DNA of 55,472 nucleotides from positions 1 to 55,472 of the forward strand of contig CAZWEY010000001.1 in assembly GCA_964632055.1 (NCBI GenBank), in the 5' to 3' direction. The notes under the pieces are model-generated. The model saw only the letters and a list, made by a program, of their open reading frames with translations. It was not told the origin of the DNA and ran no database searches. Below, piece by piece: positions 45,521-55,122 of this stretch; the first letter of the stretch is position 1; the number at the start of each line of letters is the position of its first letter. The translations under genes were made by a program, and so were the position numbers. The DNA comes from an uncultured Sphingomonadaceae bacterium. GTDB taxonomy: Bacteria > Pseudomonadota > Alphaproteobacteria > Sphingomonadales > Sphingomonadaceae.

Positions 45521-45678
45521 CTCATTCCCCTATCGCCCGCTATCGGCTTATGTGTTTCGATATTTTCAACTAGCCTGCGAAAGGCTGGATCGCACGTTTC
45601 AAGAATTGCCTCAACTGGCACCGGCCGCCTTCCTTCTTGCCGATAAGTGAGCCACGTGGAATTGGATGACGCCCATTC

Positions 45679-46461
45679 GTGCATGAGAGGATATTGAGCG
45701 TGGCAGACAGGCAGGGACAGGTGGCGGTCGTGATCGGCGGCACGGGTGCGCTGGGCGCAGGGGTCGCTCGCGCGTTGGCCGCACAGGGCGCGCAGGTCTG
45801 CATCAATATCCATAGCAGCCGGGCCAAGGCCGAGGCGCTGGATGGCGAGATTCGAAAGGCGGGCGGGCTGGCCCTGCATTGCGAACAGGTCACCATTTCA
45901 GAGCCTGATGCGGTGGCTCGCTTCATTGAGGGATGCGTTGCGCGTTTCGGGCGGATCGACACGCTGGTCTATGCCGCCGGGCCGTCTTTCACGCTCGATT
46001 TCGTCTCCGGTATCGATCCTGCCGAATTCAGCCGGGTGATCGATGCAGATCTGAAGGGGTGCTACAATGCCATTCACGCCGCCCTGCCGCATCTGCGCGC
46101 CTCTCGCGGGGCCATAGTGGCGGTCACCGCGGCAGGCGTTGAACGCGCAATTGCGCGCGATGCGCTCTCGATCACCCCCAAGGCGGCGATCACCGCGCTC
46201 ATACGCCATGTTGCACTGGAAGAAGGGCGCAAGGGAGTAAGGGCCAATTGCGTGGCTCCCGGCTTCATCGATGGCGGGCTGGGCGCGGCGATCCTTGACC
46301 AGGTCGGGCCGGAAGGAAGCAAGGCGATCGTCAAATCCATACCGATGCAGCGCACGGGGACGGTTGAGGAGATTGCCGATGCCGTGCTCTATCTCAGCTC
46401 GCCACGCGCCTCCTATGTGACAGGCACCACTCTGTTCGTGACCGGAGGAATGGAACTGTAA
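45679..46461 (+). CDS. SDR-fold protein, atypical active site
   Basis: It has VAVVIGGTGALGAGVA. The canonical Ser/Tyr positions read VTAAG and SITPK by eye. The start is GTG 45679 or GTG 45700. The latter is better spaced from GAGAGG. Confidence 0.78.
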   Translation: MHERILSVADRQGQVAVVIGGTGALGAGVARALAAQGAQVCINIHSSRAKAEALDGEIRKAGGLALHCEQVTISEPDAVARFIEGCVARFGRIDTLVYAAGPSFTLDFVSGIDPAEFSRVIDADLKGCYNAIHAALPHLRASRGAIVAVTAAGVERAIARDALSITPKAAITALIRHVALEEGRKGVRANCVAPGFIDGGLGAAILDQVGPEGSKAIVKSIPMQRTGTVEEIADAVLYLSSPRASYVTGTTLFVTGGMEL

Positions 46462-46556
46462 TTATTCGTTTGGGGTCAAGCCGGTTTGCCTGTCCGGCGG
46501 ATTGAGGCCGCGCGCTTGCGCGCCTACCATGGGGCGCAGCAAGCAAAGAGGATGCC

Positions 46557-47771
46557 ATGGCCACGCTAATCGCTGAACGCCCGTCGCATGTCGCGCCAGA
46601 GCGCGTCGTCGATTTCGACGTATGGTCGCCTCCGGGCGGGGAGCAGGACATTCACGCGGCATGGGAGGTGCTGCATGCCGGCCCGGCGGTTGTCTGGACG
46701 CCGCATAATGGCGGGCACTGGATCGTCACCCGCACCGAGTCCATGCGTGATGTCTATGAGGATTATACCCGCTTCTCCAGCCGGGTGTTGCTGGTGCCCA
46801 AGGCTCTGGGCGAGAGTTTCGACATGGCACCGACGACCTATGATCCGCCGGTAAACCGTCCCTATCGCAAGGTGATGCAGGACAGTTTTTCGCCCAAGAT
46901 TGTGAAGGGCTATGAGAGCAAGATCCGCGCCATCGTGATAGAGCTGATCGAGGCATTCAAGCAGGACGGCCAATGCCGCTTCCGCGAGCAGTTCGCCGAT
47001 CCTTTCCCGATCATTCTGCTCATGGAACTGATGGACCTGCCCATGGCCGATGTTCCCAAGTTCAAATATTGGGCCGAACAGATCACCCGCAATCTGGGCG
47101 ATATGACGATCCAGCAAGCGGTCGATGCCTTTTACGACTACCTCTCGCCCGTGGTAGCCGAGCGGATGGGAGGCAGCGGCACCGACCTCATCAGCATGGT
47201 CGCCAATGCCGATATGGGCGGCCGTCCGATCACGCATGAAGAAGCCCTGAAAACCGTCAGCCAGGTATTGCAGGCAGGCGTCGATACGGTGGCGCAGGCG
47301 ACGACCTTCGCTTTCATCGCGCTGGAAAAACACCCCGAGATGAAGCGCCTGCTGGCGTCTGACCCATCGCGCATTGGCGATTTTCTCGATGAAGTGCTGC
47401 GCCGCTATCCGCTGGTGATGAATGTGCGCGAGATCGTGCAGGATACAGAGCTGGCAGGAGCGACACTGAAGGCGGGCGAGATGATCTGCCTGCCCAATTG
47501 CCTGGCCGGGACGGACGATACGAAGAACGAGCGCCCGCTGGAATTCGACATCGACCGCAAGAGCCGCTCCACCCTGACCTTTGGCGCGGGCGCGCATCGC
47601 TGTGTCGGCGCGCCGCTTGCCCGGCTGGAGCTTCTCATCGTTTTCGAGGAATGGTTCAAACGCATCCCACAATTCCATCGCAAGGCAGGCGAGCAGATCG
47701 TCTATCAGGCCGGCGTCACCCCCCATGCGGGCGACTTCACGCTGGAATGGGACAGAGCGATTGTCTGCTGA
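46557..47771 (+). CDS. cytochrome P450
   Basis: It has the heme loop FGAGAHRCVGAPLA, the I-helix AGVDTV, and the ExxR motif in EVLRRYP. Confidence 0.9.
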   Translation: MATLIAERPSHVAPERVVDFDVWSPPGGEQDIHAAWEVLHAGPAVVWTPHNGGHWIVTRTESMRDVYEDYTRFSSRVLLVPKALGESFDMAPTTYDPPVNRPYRKVMQDSFSPKIVKGYESKIRAIVIELIEAFKQDGQCRFREQFADPFPIILLMELMDLPMADVPKFKYWAEQITRNLGDMTIQQAVDAFYDYLSPVVAERMGGSGTDLISMVANADMGGRPITHEEALKTVSQVLQAGVDTVAQATTFAFIALEKHPEMKRLLASDPSRIGDFLDEVLRRYPLVMNVREIVQDTELAGATLKAGEMICLPNCLAGTDDTKNERPLEFDIDRKSRSTLTFGAGAHRCVGAPLARLELLIVFEEWFKRIPQFHRKAGEQIVYQAGVTPHAGDFTLEWDRAIVC

Positions 47772-48627
47772 ACCTGCCCGCCGTTCCTATACTACCCGAG
47801 GATTGACGCTCAGCTATTGCGAATGGGGCGATGCTGCCGCACCCGCCGTTGTGCTGGTCCATGGCGGGTTGGAAAACGCCCGCGCCTGGGACCAGACGGC
47901 GCGTGTCTTGTCCGGCCAATGGCGCGTCATTGCGGTGGACCAGCGCGGCCATGGGGAAAGCGACTGGGCCAGCGGCGGGGCTTATGCAGTGCTCGATTTC
48001 GCGAGCGACCTTGCCGCCCTTTTCGCGCAGGCGGGGCTGGAACGCGCGAGCCTTGTCGGCCATTCGCTGGGCGGGGCGAGTGCGACCTGCTTTGCTGCCC
48101 TTTATCCCGAAAAAGTCTCCCGCCTGTGCAATGTCGAAGGCTTGCGGCCCGTCTCGCAATCAGGCCCGGCCACCATGGACGAATATTTCGTCGCGATCCG
48201 CACATGGGCCGACAAGGCATCTGGCGGAAAGGGACGACGAGAGCGCGTCTATCCCGATCTCGATGCCATGGCGCACCGGCTGATGGAGGCCGATCCGCTG
48301 ATGCCCGAAGCCACCGCCCGCGCCTTTGTGGCGACCAATGCGAAACAGGTAGACGGCGGGCTTGTCTGGAAATACGACCCACTGGTGCGCGAAACCGCAC
48401 TCGTCACCGCGATCGGCCCACAGCCGACAGAGTTCTGGAGCCGTATCGAATGTCCGGTGCTGCTGGTCTATGGCGAGGACAGCTGGGCGACGAACCCGAC
48501 CAAGGACGGCAGGGCCAGCCATTTCCGCGATGCGCGCGTGGTGGAGGTGGAAGGGGCTGGGCACAATGTCCACCATCACCAGCCAGACGCTTTTGCTGCG
48601 CTGCTGCGGGAGTTCCTTGGCGGGTGA
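47725..48627 (+). CDS. alpha/beta-fold hydrolase
   Basis: It has the oxyanion region VLVHGG, the nucleophile elbow GHSLGG, and a late GAGHNVHHH. The start is unclear: ATG 47725 overlaps the P450 gene by 47 nt, and TTG 47761 overlaps it by 11 nt. Confidence 0.78.
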   Translation: MRATSRWNGTERLSAEPARRSYTTRGLTLSYCEWGDAAAPAVVLVHGGLENARAWDQTARVLSGQWRVIAVDQRGHGESDWASGGAYAVLDFASDLAALFAQAGLERASLVGHSLGGASATCFAALYPEKVSRLCNVEGLRPVSQSGPATMDEYFVAIRTWADKASGGKGRRERVYPDLDAMAHRLMEADPLMPEATARAFVATNAKQVDGGLVWKYDPLVRETALVTAIGPQPTEFWSRIECPVLLVYGEDSWATNPTKDGRASHFRDARVVEVEGAGHNVHHHQPDAFAALLREFLGG

Positions 48628-48714
48628 AGCGCGGGGCTGGACAGCAGTTCTGGAATAGTCGATACATAACTTTCGGGCACAGCGGCCAAAGCCGCAAGGC
48701 CTGGAGGGGAAGCC

Positions 48715-49404
48715 ATGTTCTACGACGCGCACGAACTGCTCGCGATCATCGACGCCAATAAATGGGCGGTGCTGGCCGGGGGCGGCATAGCGATGATCTT
48801 CAACTATATTTTCTTCTGGGAGGCCGGCCGCAGCGCAGCGCGCGATGCCAGCCCAGCCTTTCCGCTGATCGCCTGCACCATCTGGTTCGCGCACGACCTG
48901 TCCTTCGTGCTCAATTACGCCGACTGGTTTGGCACTTACGACCACTGGTATCTGAAGTTGTTCTGGGTCGCGCTGATCCCGACCACGGCATTCGAGGCAT
49001 TCTACACCTGGCAGGTCTGGCGCTACGGGCGCGAGGAGTTCTATCCCGCCGCACAGCAGGAACGATGGACGCGGTATGTTATTGGCTGCATCGCCGCCGG
49101 CTGTCTTGGCTGGTGGGCGATCAAGCAGGTGCTGGACGATCCGCTTTACACCTGGTCCTTTGCAACCACAGGTGCGCTTGCCGCATTCTTCTGTCTCGCG
49201 CGGTCTGTGCGTCGGGGTGATACGGCTGGTCAGTCCGCGCTAATGTGGTGGTCCTACTGTGCCATGACGACGACATGGTTCGCCTGCGAATATATCGTGT
49301 TTGGCGGCATGTTCCGCCATCCGATCTTCGTCGGGATTGGCGTGGCCTCGGTGGCATGCGGGGCAATGATGGCCCGGCGGTGCAAGGCGCAGGCGTCAGC
49401 CTGA
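48715..49404 (+). CDS. integral membrane protein of unknown function
   Basis: It is 229 aa with about 6 hydrophobic, aromatic-rich segments. It has a GGAGGGG RBS and high GC3. Confidence 0.6.
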   Translation: MFYDAHELLAIIDANKWAVLAGGGIAMIFNYIFFWEAGRSAARDASPAFPLIACTIWFAHDLSFVLNYADWFGTYDHWYLKLFWVALIPTTAFEAFYTWQVWRYGREEFYPAAQQERWTRYVIGCIAAGCLGWWAIKQVLDDPLYTWSFATTGALAAFFCLARSVRRGDTAGQSALMWWSYCAMTTTWFACEYIVFGGMFRHPIFVGIGVASVACGAMMARRCKAQASA

Positions 49405-49408
49405 ACAG

Positions 49409-49837
49409 TCAGACCCGCCCGTTGGGGTAGCTTTTGGCGTAAAGCTCGGCCACCAGCTTCGTGTCGTGCCAGACCGGCAGGATGTCGACCGCCATGCCCT
49501 TCTCGAAAGTCCAGTATTCGATGATCGGGATGTCGAAGCTGCCCGCGGGCAATTGCGCCGTTAGCCGCCCTCGAAAAGCGAGGCGGGTATCGCCGTCCGT
49601 CACCATGTCGACAAATGTGAAGTCGAAGCCGTTGAAGGCCGCCTGCACCGCGCCCATCAGGTCGATGAAACCTTGCGGCCCGACCCAGTCGCGCCCGCCG
49701 ATTTCGGGCAGGCCGGCCGCCTCGTGCACCCGGCAGTTTGGTGCGATGAATTTGGCGGCGCCTTCCACTGTCAGCGTCTTGAAGTTCTCGCCGACCTGTT
49801 CGAAAATTTCCGCAGGAGTTGGATAATCACGTGCCAT
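49409..49837 (-). CDS. NTF2/SnoaL-fold protein
   Basis: It is 142 aa from MARDYPT, with a GGGAGAAG RBS. It lies tail-to-tail 4 nt from the membrane protein gene. Confidence 0.6.
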   Translation of the reverse strand: MARDYPTPAEIFEQVGENFKTLTVEGAAKFIAPNCRVHEAAGLPEIGGRDWVGPQGFIDLMGAVQAAFNGFDFTFVDMVTDGDTRLAFRGRLTAQLPAGSFDIPIIEYWTFEKGMAVDILPVWHDTKLVAELYAKSYPNGRV

Positions 49838-50017
49838 CAAAACTTCTCCCGTTCCGGGTCTGACCCTAGCGTCAGCAATCGCAGAACCCGCCGCCAAAAA
49901 TCATCAGGACAGCCTTATTTCGCTCTCAAGCAAGCAGCATTGGCCATGGCTTCATCGACGCGGAGCCTGTGCCCCGTCTATATGTGGCAAGGCAGGATAT
50001 AATTCACGGGAGGCAAT

Positions 50018-52405
50018 ATGACCACGAAAAGCACTGCAGCGCTGCGCGTCATGGCCGCATTGCTGCTTTTGATGGGTCTTGGTCTTGGTTGGGGCGGGGT
50101 GCTCCTCGTCGCTGAAGGCGGCTCCTGGTATTACCTGCTGTCAGGCGCCGTTTCGATTGTTTCCGGTCTCATGTTGTGGCGCGCGCGTGCGGCGGGTGGC
50201 AGGCTGTTTGCCGCGCTGACGCTGATCACTGTTGCATGGGCGTTCTGGGAATCGGGCGCGGATCACTGGGCCTTGCTGCCGCGCGTCTGGCCGTTTCTGC
50301 TGCTTTGGGCTGTGCTGCTACTTCCACCATTGCGCCACCCGCTAGGCCTTGGCTCTTCGCCCGGAATTGTTGCAAAGGCCGCAGGCGGCATTGTCATCGC
50401 CGGGCTTGTCGGCCTTGGTTTGCACCATGCAACGGGCATGGAACTGGAAGACCCCGCCTATGCGCGCGGCATTGCCGCCGCGCCTGCCGCCAACCCCAAT
50501 GCCGCCGCAACCGCGTGGGGCGGCGACTGGCGGCATTACGGCAATGACGAAGGCGGCTCCCGCTTTTCCCCGCTCGACCAGATCAATGCGGGCAATGTCG
50601 GCAAGCTGGAAAAGGTGTGGACCTATCGCGTTGGTTATGGGCTCGACAAGATGGAAGCCAATCTGGAGCTGACCCCGATCAAGGTCGGCAACAAGGTGTT
50701 CATCTGCACGCCATTCAATGATGTCATCGCGCTCGATCCTGTCAGCGGCAAGGAAATCTGGCGGCACCGTTCCGGCGTCGATCGCAAGGGCTGGGTTTAT
50801 TCCAACTGCCGCGCGGTCAGTTACTACGAGGTTCCCGGCGCGACCGGCATCTGTGCGAAGCGGATCATCAGCACGCAGTTTGGCGGCTGGCTGAAGGCTC
50901 TGGATGCGGAAACGGGCCGCTTGTGCGAGGGCTTTGGCGAAGGCGGCAAGGTCAATCTGCGCGAAGGGCTGACCCCGTTCGATCATCCTGGCTATTATTA
51001 CCCGACCTCAGCGCCTGCTATCGCCAGGGGCAACATCATCCTGGGTGGATGGGTCGCAGACGGTCAGCACTGGCATGAACCATCGGGCGTGATCCGCGCC
51101 TTCGATGCGGTTACCGGCAAGCTTGCCTGGGCGTGGGACATGGGCCGCCCGGATCGCAAGGGCCTGCCGCCAGAGGGTGAATATTACACCCCGTCGACCC
51201 CCAACAGCTGGGCGCCGATGAGCGTCGATTCCGAATTGGGCCTCGTCTATGCGCCCACCGGCAGTACGTCGGGCGCGGATTATTATGGCGCCAACCGTCG
51301 CCCGTTTGACGAAAAATACGCGACCTCCACCGTCGCGCTCGATGCGGCCACGGGCGATGTGCGCTGGTCGTTCCAGTCAACCCATCACGATATCTGGGAT
51401 TACGACAATCCGGCCCAGCCGAGCCTTGTCGACGTGCCGACTCCCAATGGCGTGGTGAAGGCGGTGATCCAGCCGACCAAGCGTGCTCAGCTTTTCGTGC
51501 TCGACCGGGCGACCGGCAAGCCGATCAAGCGCGTGGTGGAGCGCCGCGTACCTCAGGGCGGCCTGGCGATGGGCGACTGGGTCTGGCCGACACAGCCCTA
51601 TTCGGAAGAAATGCCCGACCTTGGCGGGCCGCGCCTTGCCGAGCGCATGATGTGGGGCATCACCCCGTTCGACCAGCTGTGGTGCCGCCTGGAATTCCGC
51701 AAGAGCCGCTATGAAGGCGATTTCACCCCTCCGGGCGAGGGGCGCTTCAACATCGTCTACCCCGGCTATAGCGGCGGACAGAACTGGGGCATGACCGCTT
51801 ATGATCTCGACCGCGGCCTGCTGATCACCGCCTCCAACCGCATCGCCAACCGGGTGAAGCTGGTGTCGCGCATTGACGCCCAGAACCAGGGCGCAGAACC
51901 GATGGGCAAGGACAGCAACCCGGATATCGGCGGCCTGGCCCCGCAGGCCAATACCAGCTTTGCCGCCGCCGTTGCCCCGTTCCTCTCGCCGCTGTTCTCG
52001 CCCTGCCAGCAGCCCCCCTATGGCACGCTGACGGCGATCGACCTCGCATCGGGCAAGGTTGTTTGGCATCGCCCCGTAGGCAGCGCGCGGGCGGCGGGGC
52101 CTTTGGGCATGCGCTCGCATATCCCGATGGACATGGGCATGCCGATGTTCGGCGGGCCGGTGGTCACGCGCGGCGGGCTGACTTTCATGGCGGCCACCAA
52201 GGACGAGACCTTCCGCGCCATCGACAACCGCACGGGCAAGACGCTGTGGGAAGCGGAACTCCCCGCTGGCGGGCAGTCCGGGCCGATGAGCTATATGGGT
52301 GCGGACGGACGGCAATATGTCGTTGTCGCGGCGGCGGGCCATTATGGCACGGCGAGCAAGCGCGGCGATTACATCATTGCCTATGCGCTCCCGAAGGGAA
52401 GGTAA
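50018..52405 (+). CDS. membrane-bound PQQ-dependent dehydrogenase (glucose/quinate/shikimate dehydrogenase family)
   Basis: It has about 5 N-terminal TM helices followed by repeated propeller motifs (ALDPVSGKEIW, AFDAVTGKLAW, ALDAATGDVRW, AIDLASGKVVW, AIDNRTGKTLW). Confidence 0.9.
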   Translation: MTTKSTAALRVMAALLLLMGLGLGWGGVLLVAEGGSWYYLLSGAVSIVSGLMLWRARAAGGRLFAALTLITVAWAFWESGADHWALLPRVWPFLLLWAVLLLPPLRHPLGLGSSPGIVAKAAGGIVIAGLVGLGLHHATGMELEDPAYARGIAAAPAANPNAAATAWGGDWRHYGNDEGGSRFSPLDQINAGNVGKLEKVWTYRVGYGLDKMEANLELTPIKVGNKVFICTPFNDVIALDPVSGKEIWRHRSGVDRKGWVYSNCRAVSYYEVPGATGICAKRIISTQFGGWLKALDAETGRLCEGFGEGGKVNLREGLTPFDHPGYYYPTSAPAIARGNIILGGWVADGQHWHEPSGVIRAFDAVTGKLAWAWDMGRPDRKGLPPEGEYYTPSTPNSWAPMSVDSELGLVYAPTGSTSGADYYGANRRPFDEKYATSTVALDAATGDVRWSFQSTHHDIWDYDNPAQPSLVDVPTPNGVVKAVIQPTKRAQLFVLDRATGKPIKRVVERRVPQGGLAMGDWVWPTQPYSEEMPDLGGPRLAERMMWGITPFDQLWCRLEFRKSRYEGDFTPPGEGRFNIVYPGYSGGQNWGMTAYDLDRGLLITASNRIANRVKLVSRIDAQNQGAEPMGKDSNPDIGGLAPQANTSFAAAVAPFLSPLFSPCQQPPYGTLTAIDLASGKVVWHRPVGSARAAGPLGMRSHIPMDMGMPMFGGPVVTRGGLTFMAATKDETFRAIDNRTGKTLWEAELPAGGQSGPMSYMGADGRQYVVVAAAGHYGTASKRGDYIIAYALPKGR

Positions 52406-52942
52406 TCAGGCGGGTTCCCTGAACTCGGCGCGACGCTGGCTAAGATCCTTGCCGTCCTTGCGGGCGAGGATCGCGGTGCCCATCAGGTCGGGCAGGATCG
52501 CCTCGGGACTGGCAGGCTTCAGCCAGTCCGCAATCTCGGCGCGATAGGTGATCTTCCAGACGCCATCGCGCTTTTCGTAGCGGTCGACATAGCGCCCGGC
52601 ATAGATCCAGTCGTCCAGTCGGCCGTCCGGGCCATCGACCTGATGATGCGCGATAAGGTAGGCCTCGCCAAAAGCCTCTGTATCGCTGGTGATGTCGATT
52701 TCGATCTGGCCAAGGAAGTGCTGGGTGATGCCGATGGCCTTCAATGCCCCTTGCGCAAAGTCGACGAATGCGTCGGGCCCGCCCTGGAAATAGCCATAGT
52801 CCAGCCAGGCATCATCATGGAACACGCTGCGATGCGCAGCCGGATCAAGCCGGTCCTGCGCGCGGGCATAGGTGTGGCTGAGCTGGATGATCTCTTCTCT
52901 TGCTTCCAGTCTTGCAATGCGCTGTTCGAGTGTATGGCTCAT
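52406..52942 (-). CDS. NTF2-fold (SnoaL_4 / ring-hydroxylating beta-subunit-like) protein
   Basis: It is 178 aa from MSHTLEQRIARLEAREEI, with a GGGGAGAG RBS. Its stop abuts the PQQ gene stop with a zero gap. Confidence 0.62.
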   Translation of the reverse strand: MSHTLEQRIARLEAREEIIQLSHTYARAQDRLDPAAHRSVFHDDAWLDYGYFQGGPDAFVDFAQGALKAIGITQHFLGQIEIDITSDTEAFGEAYLIAHHQVDGPDGRLDDWIYAGRYVDRYEKRDGVWKITYRAEIADWLKPASPEAILPDLMGTAILARKDGKDLSQRRAEFREPA

Positions 52943-53110
52943 GGTTCTCTCCCCTTTTGCAGGCAAACAGGTGCCTGTGACACGGGGTTGCTGGCAAGCA
53001 TTTCCATCGCTTGATTGCAGCAAGGGTCAAGCGAGCGGAGCAAAACCGCTTGCCCTCTTTGCAGAGTCCGGGCCTATGCGACGCAAAGCGGACTTCCAGG
53101 AGGCAGACAG

Positions 53111-53908
53111 ATGAGCGAGCAGATCCTTTTCGAGAAACGTGATGGCGGCGCCTTTGCCACGATCAACCGGCCCGAGGTGCGCAACGCGCTTAACCCCGAG
53201 ATCATCGGCGCGCTGGCAAGTTTCCTCATCGACATCCGCGAAGACCCCGATGTGCGCTATCTCGTCATCCAGGGCGCGGGCGAGCATTTCAGTGCGGGCG
53301 GCGATCTGGCGAGCTATGCCCAGAAGTTTGACCTCCCGAACGAGGAACTGGCGAGCTATATGCGCCGCCGGGTGCGCGGCAATGCGGAGTGCTTCTATTT
53401 GCTCGAATCGCTCCCCATGCCGGTTATTTCGGTGGTGCGCGGCGCGGCGGCGGGCGGCGGCCTTAGCTTCATCCTCGCCTCCGATTTCGTGCTGGCGGCA
53501 GACAACACCATGATGATCTTCGCCCAGCCCAGGGTCGGCCTGCCGCTGGACATCGCCGCCACCTATTTCCTGCCGCGCGTGGTGGGGCTGAAGGCGGCGC
53601 GCAAGCTGGCCATGACCGGCGCGACGCTTGATGCGGCAGAAGCGCAAAGGCTCGGCATCATTGACGAAGTGCACGCAGCAGACGGGCTGGATGAAGCACT
53701 GGCCAAGCTGGTCAAACGCTTCGCCTCGGTTGCCCCCAAGGCTGGTGGCCGCACCAAGCAATTGCTCAACCGCAGTCTCGACAATGACATAGTGCAACAG
53801 ATGGAGGCCGAAGTTCTGGCCATCGGGCAATGTGTGGGCGAAGCCGATTTCCGCGAAGGGGTCACGGCTTTCCTTGAAAAGCGCAAGGCGAGCTTTACCG
53901 GGCGCTGA
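53111..53908 (+). CDS. enoyl-CoA hydratase/isomerase (crotonase family)
   Basis: It has INRPEVRNALN, GAGEHFSAGGDL and VRGAAAGGGLSF. ATG 53111 follows AGGAGG. Confidence 0.9.
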   Translation: MSEQILFEKRDGGAFATINRPEVRNALNPEIIGALASFLIDIREDPDVRYLVIQGAGEHFSAGGDLASYAQKFDLPNEELASYMRRRVRGNAECFYLLESLPMPVISVVRGAAAGGGLSFILASDFVLAADNTMMIFAQPRVGLPLDIAATYFLPRVVGLKAARKLAMTGATLDAAEAQRLGIIDEVHAADGLDEALAKLVKRFASVAPKAGGRTKQLLNRSLDNDIVQQMEAEVLAIGQCVGEADFREGVTAFLEKRKASFTGR

Positions 53909-54004
53909 ACAGCCAGATTGCTTCGAGAGACAAAAAGTAGCTGGTTCAAGCCCCTTCCATTCGCCAGTCCTTGTCCTAGAGGGAACAGAAGCAATCGGTA
54001 ATTT

Positions 54005-55084
54005 ATGACAGGAACGACGATGATGTCTGCCGGCGCGGCGCAGGAACTTGATCCCCGGATCGTGGAGCCGGGCAAGCTGGCTGAGTGGCTTGGCGGCGAA
54101 GGCGTTCCCGGCGGTGAGCTGGAAGAGCTGCGCCTGCTCGCAGGCGGCACGCAGAACCTCCTCGTCCAGTTCCGCCGCGGCACGCGGGAATATGTGCTGC
54201 GCCGCCCCTCGCTCAATCCCCGGCCCGAAGCGGAAACCACCATCCGGCGCGAAGCCCGTGTGCTGGGTGCCTTGAAGGGCAGCACTGTGCCGCACCCCGA
54301 TCTCGTGGCGGTTTGCGAGGATGCTTCGGTTGTCGGCTCCATCTTCTACGTGATGGAGAAGAAGGAGGGTTTTAACGCGGCGCTGGGCCTCCCTGCGCCC
54401 TTTGATACCGATCCTGCGGCCCGCCACAAGCTTGGCCTTGCGTTGATCGACGGGATTGCCGCGCTGTCCAAAATCGATCCCGTTGCGGTCGGCCTTTCGG
54501 ATTTCGGCAAGCTCGAAGGCTTCCTTGAACGGCAGGTGCCGCGCTGGGCCTCTCAGCTGGAAAGCTACGCCAAATTCGCCAAGTGGCCGGGGCCGGAAGG
54601 GCTGGGCGATGTGAAGCTGGTGGGCGACTGGCTCTCCGCCAACATGCCCGCCACCATGCAGCCGGGCCTGATCCATGGCGATTATCACCTCGGCAACGTG
54701 TTGTTCGCTGCCGACGGGAGCCTGAGCGCGATCGTCGACTGGGAACTCTCGACGCTGGGCGACCCCATGCTGGACCTCGCGCGCCTTACCGCCGCATGGC
54801 CCGACGCGGACGGGACCGGGCCTTTGAGCCTCACGGTCAAGCCGTGGGATGGCTTCCCGACGCGCGATGAACTCGTTGCCCGCTATGGCGAGCTGACCGG
54901 CAGGCCGATGGATGATGTGCTGTGGTTCGAGGTGCTGGCCTGCTACAAGCTGGGCATCATCCTTGAAGGCACGCATGCCCGTGCTTCGGAGGGGCTCGCT
55001 TCTGCGGAAACCGGCGAAAGGCTGCACAAATCGGCGCGCGCCCTGTTCGATCGCGCCCGCAAATGGATTTCGGCGCGCGGCTGA
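54005..55084 (+). CDS. APH-type phosphotransferase, ACAD10/11 N-domain-like
   Basis: It has LIHGDYHLGNVLF...AIVDWELSTLGDP. It sits immediately upstream of an ACAD gene. Confidence 0.8.
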   Translation: MTGTTMMSAGAAQELDPRIVEPGKLAEWLGGEGVPGGELEELRLLAGGTQNLLVQFRRGTREYVLRRPSLNPRPEAETTIRREARVLGALKGSTVPHPDLVAVCEDASVVGSIFYVMEKKEGFNAALGLPAPFDTDPAARHKLGLALIDGIAALSKIDPVAVGLSDFGKLEGFLERQVPRWASQLESYAKFAKWPGPEGLGDVKLVGDWLSANMPATMQPGLIHGDYHLGNVLFAADGSLSAIVDWELSTLGDPMLDLARLTAAWPDADGTGPLSLTVKPWDGFPTRDELVARYGELTGRPMDDVLWFEVLACYKLGIILEGTHARASEGLASAETGERLHKSARALFDRARKWISARG

Positions 55085-55122
55085 TAACGGCCCCGTCCCA
55101 AATTTGAAGAAGAGGTAAGCAG

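Noticed and set aside
47581-47724. Upstream 48 codons of the hydrolase ORF inside the P450 gene
   Set aside because: It runs out of frame through the conserved P450 heme-binding region. Hydrolase similarity begins only near LTLSYCEWGD.
53027-55027. 666-aa minus-strand ORF
   Set aside because: It is antisense to the crotonase and APH kinase genes. It has shadow-ORF composition.
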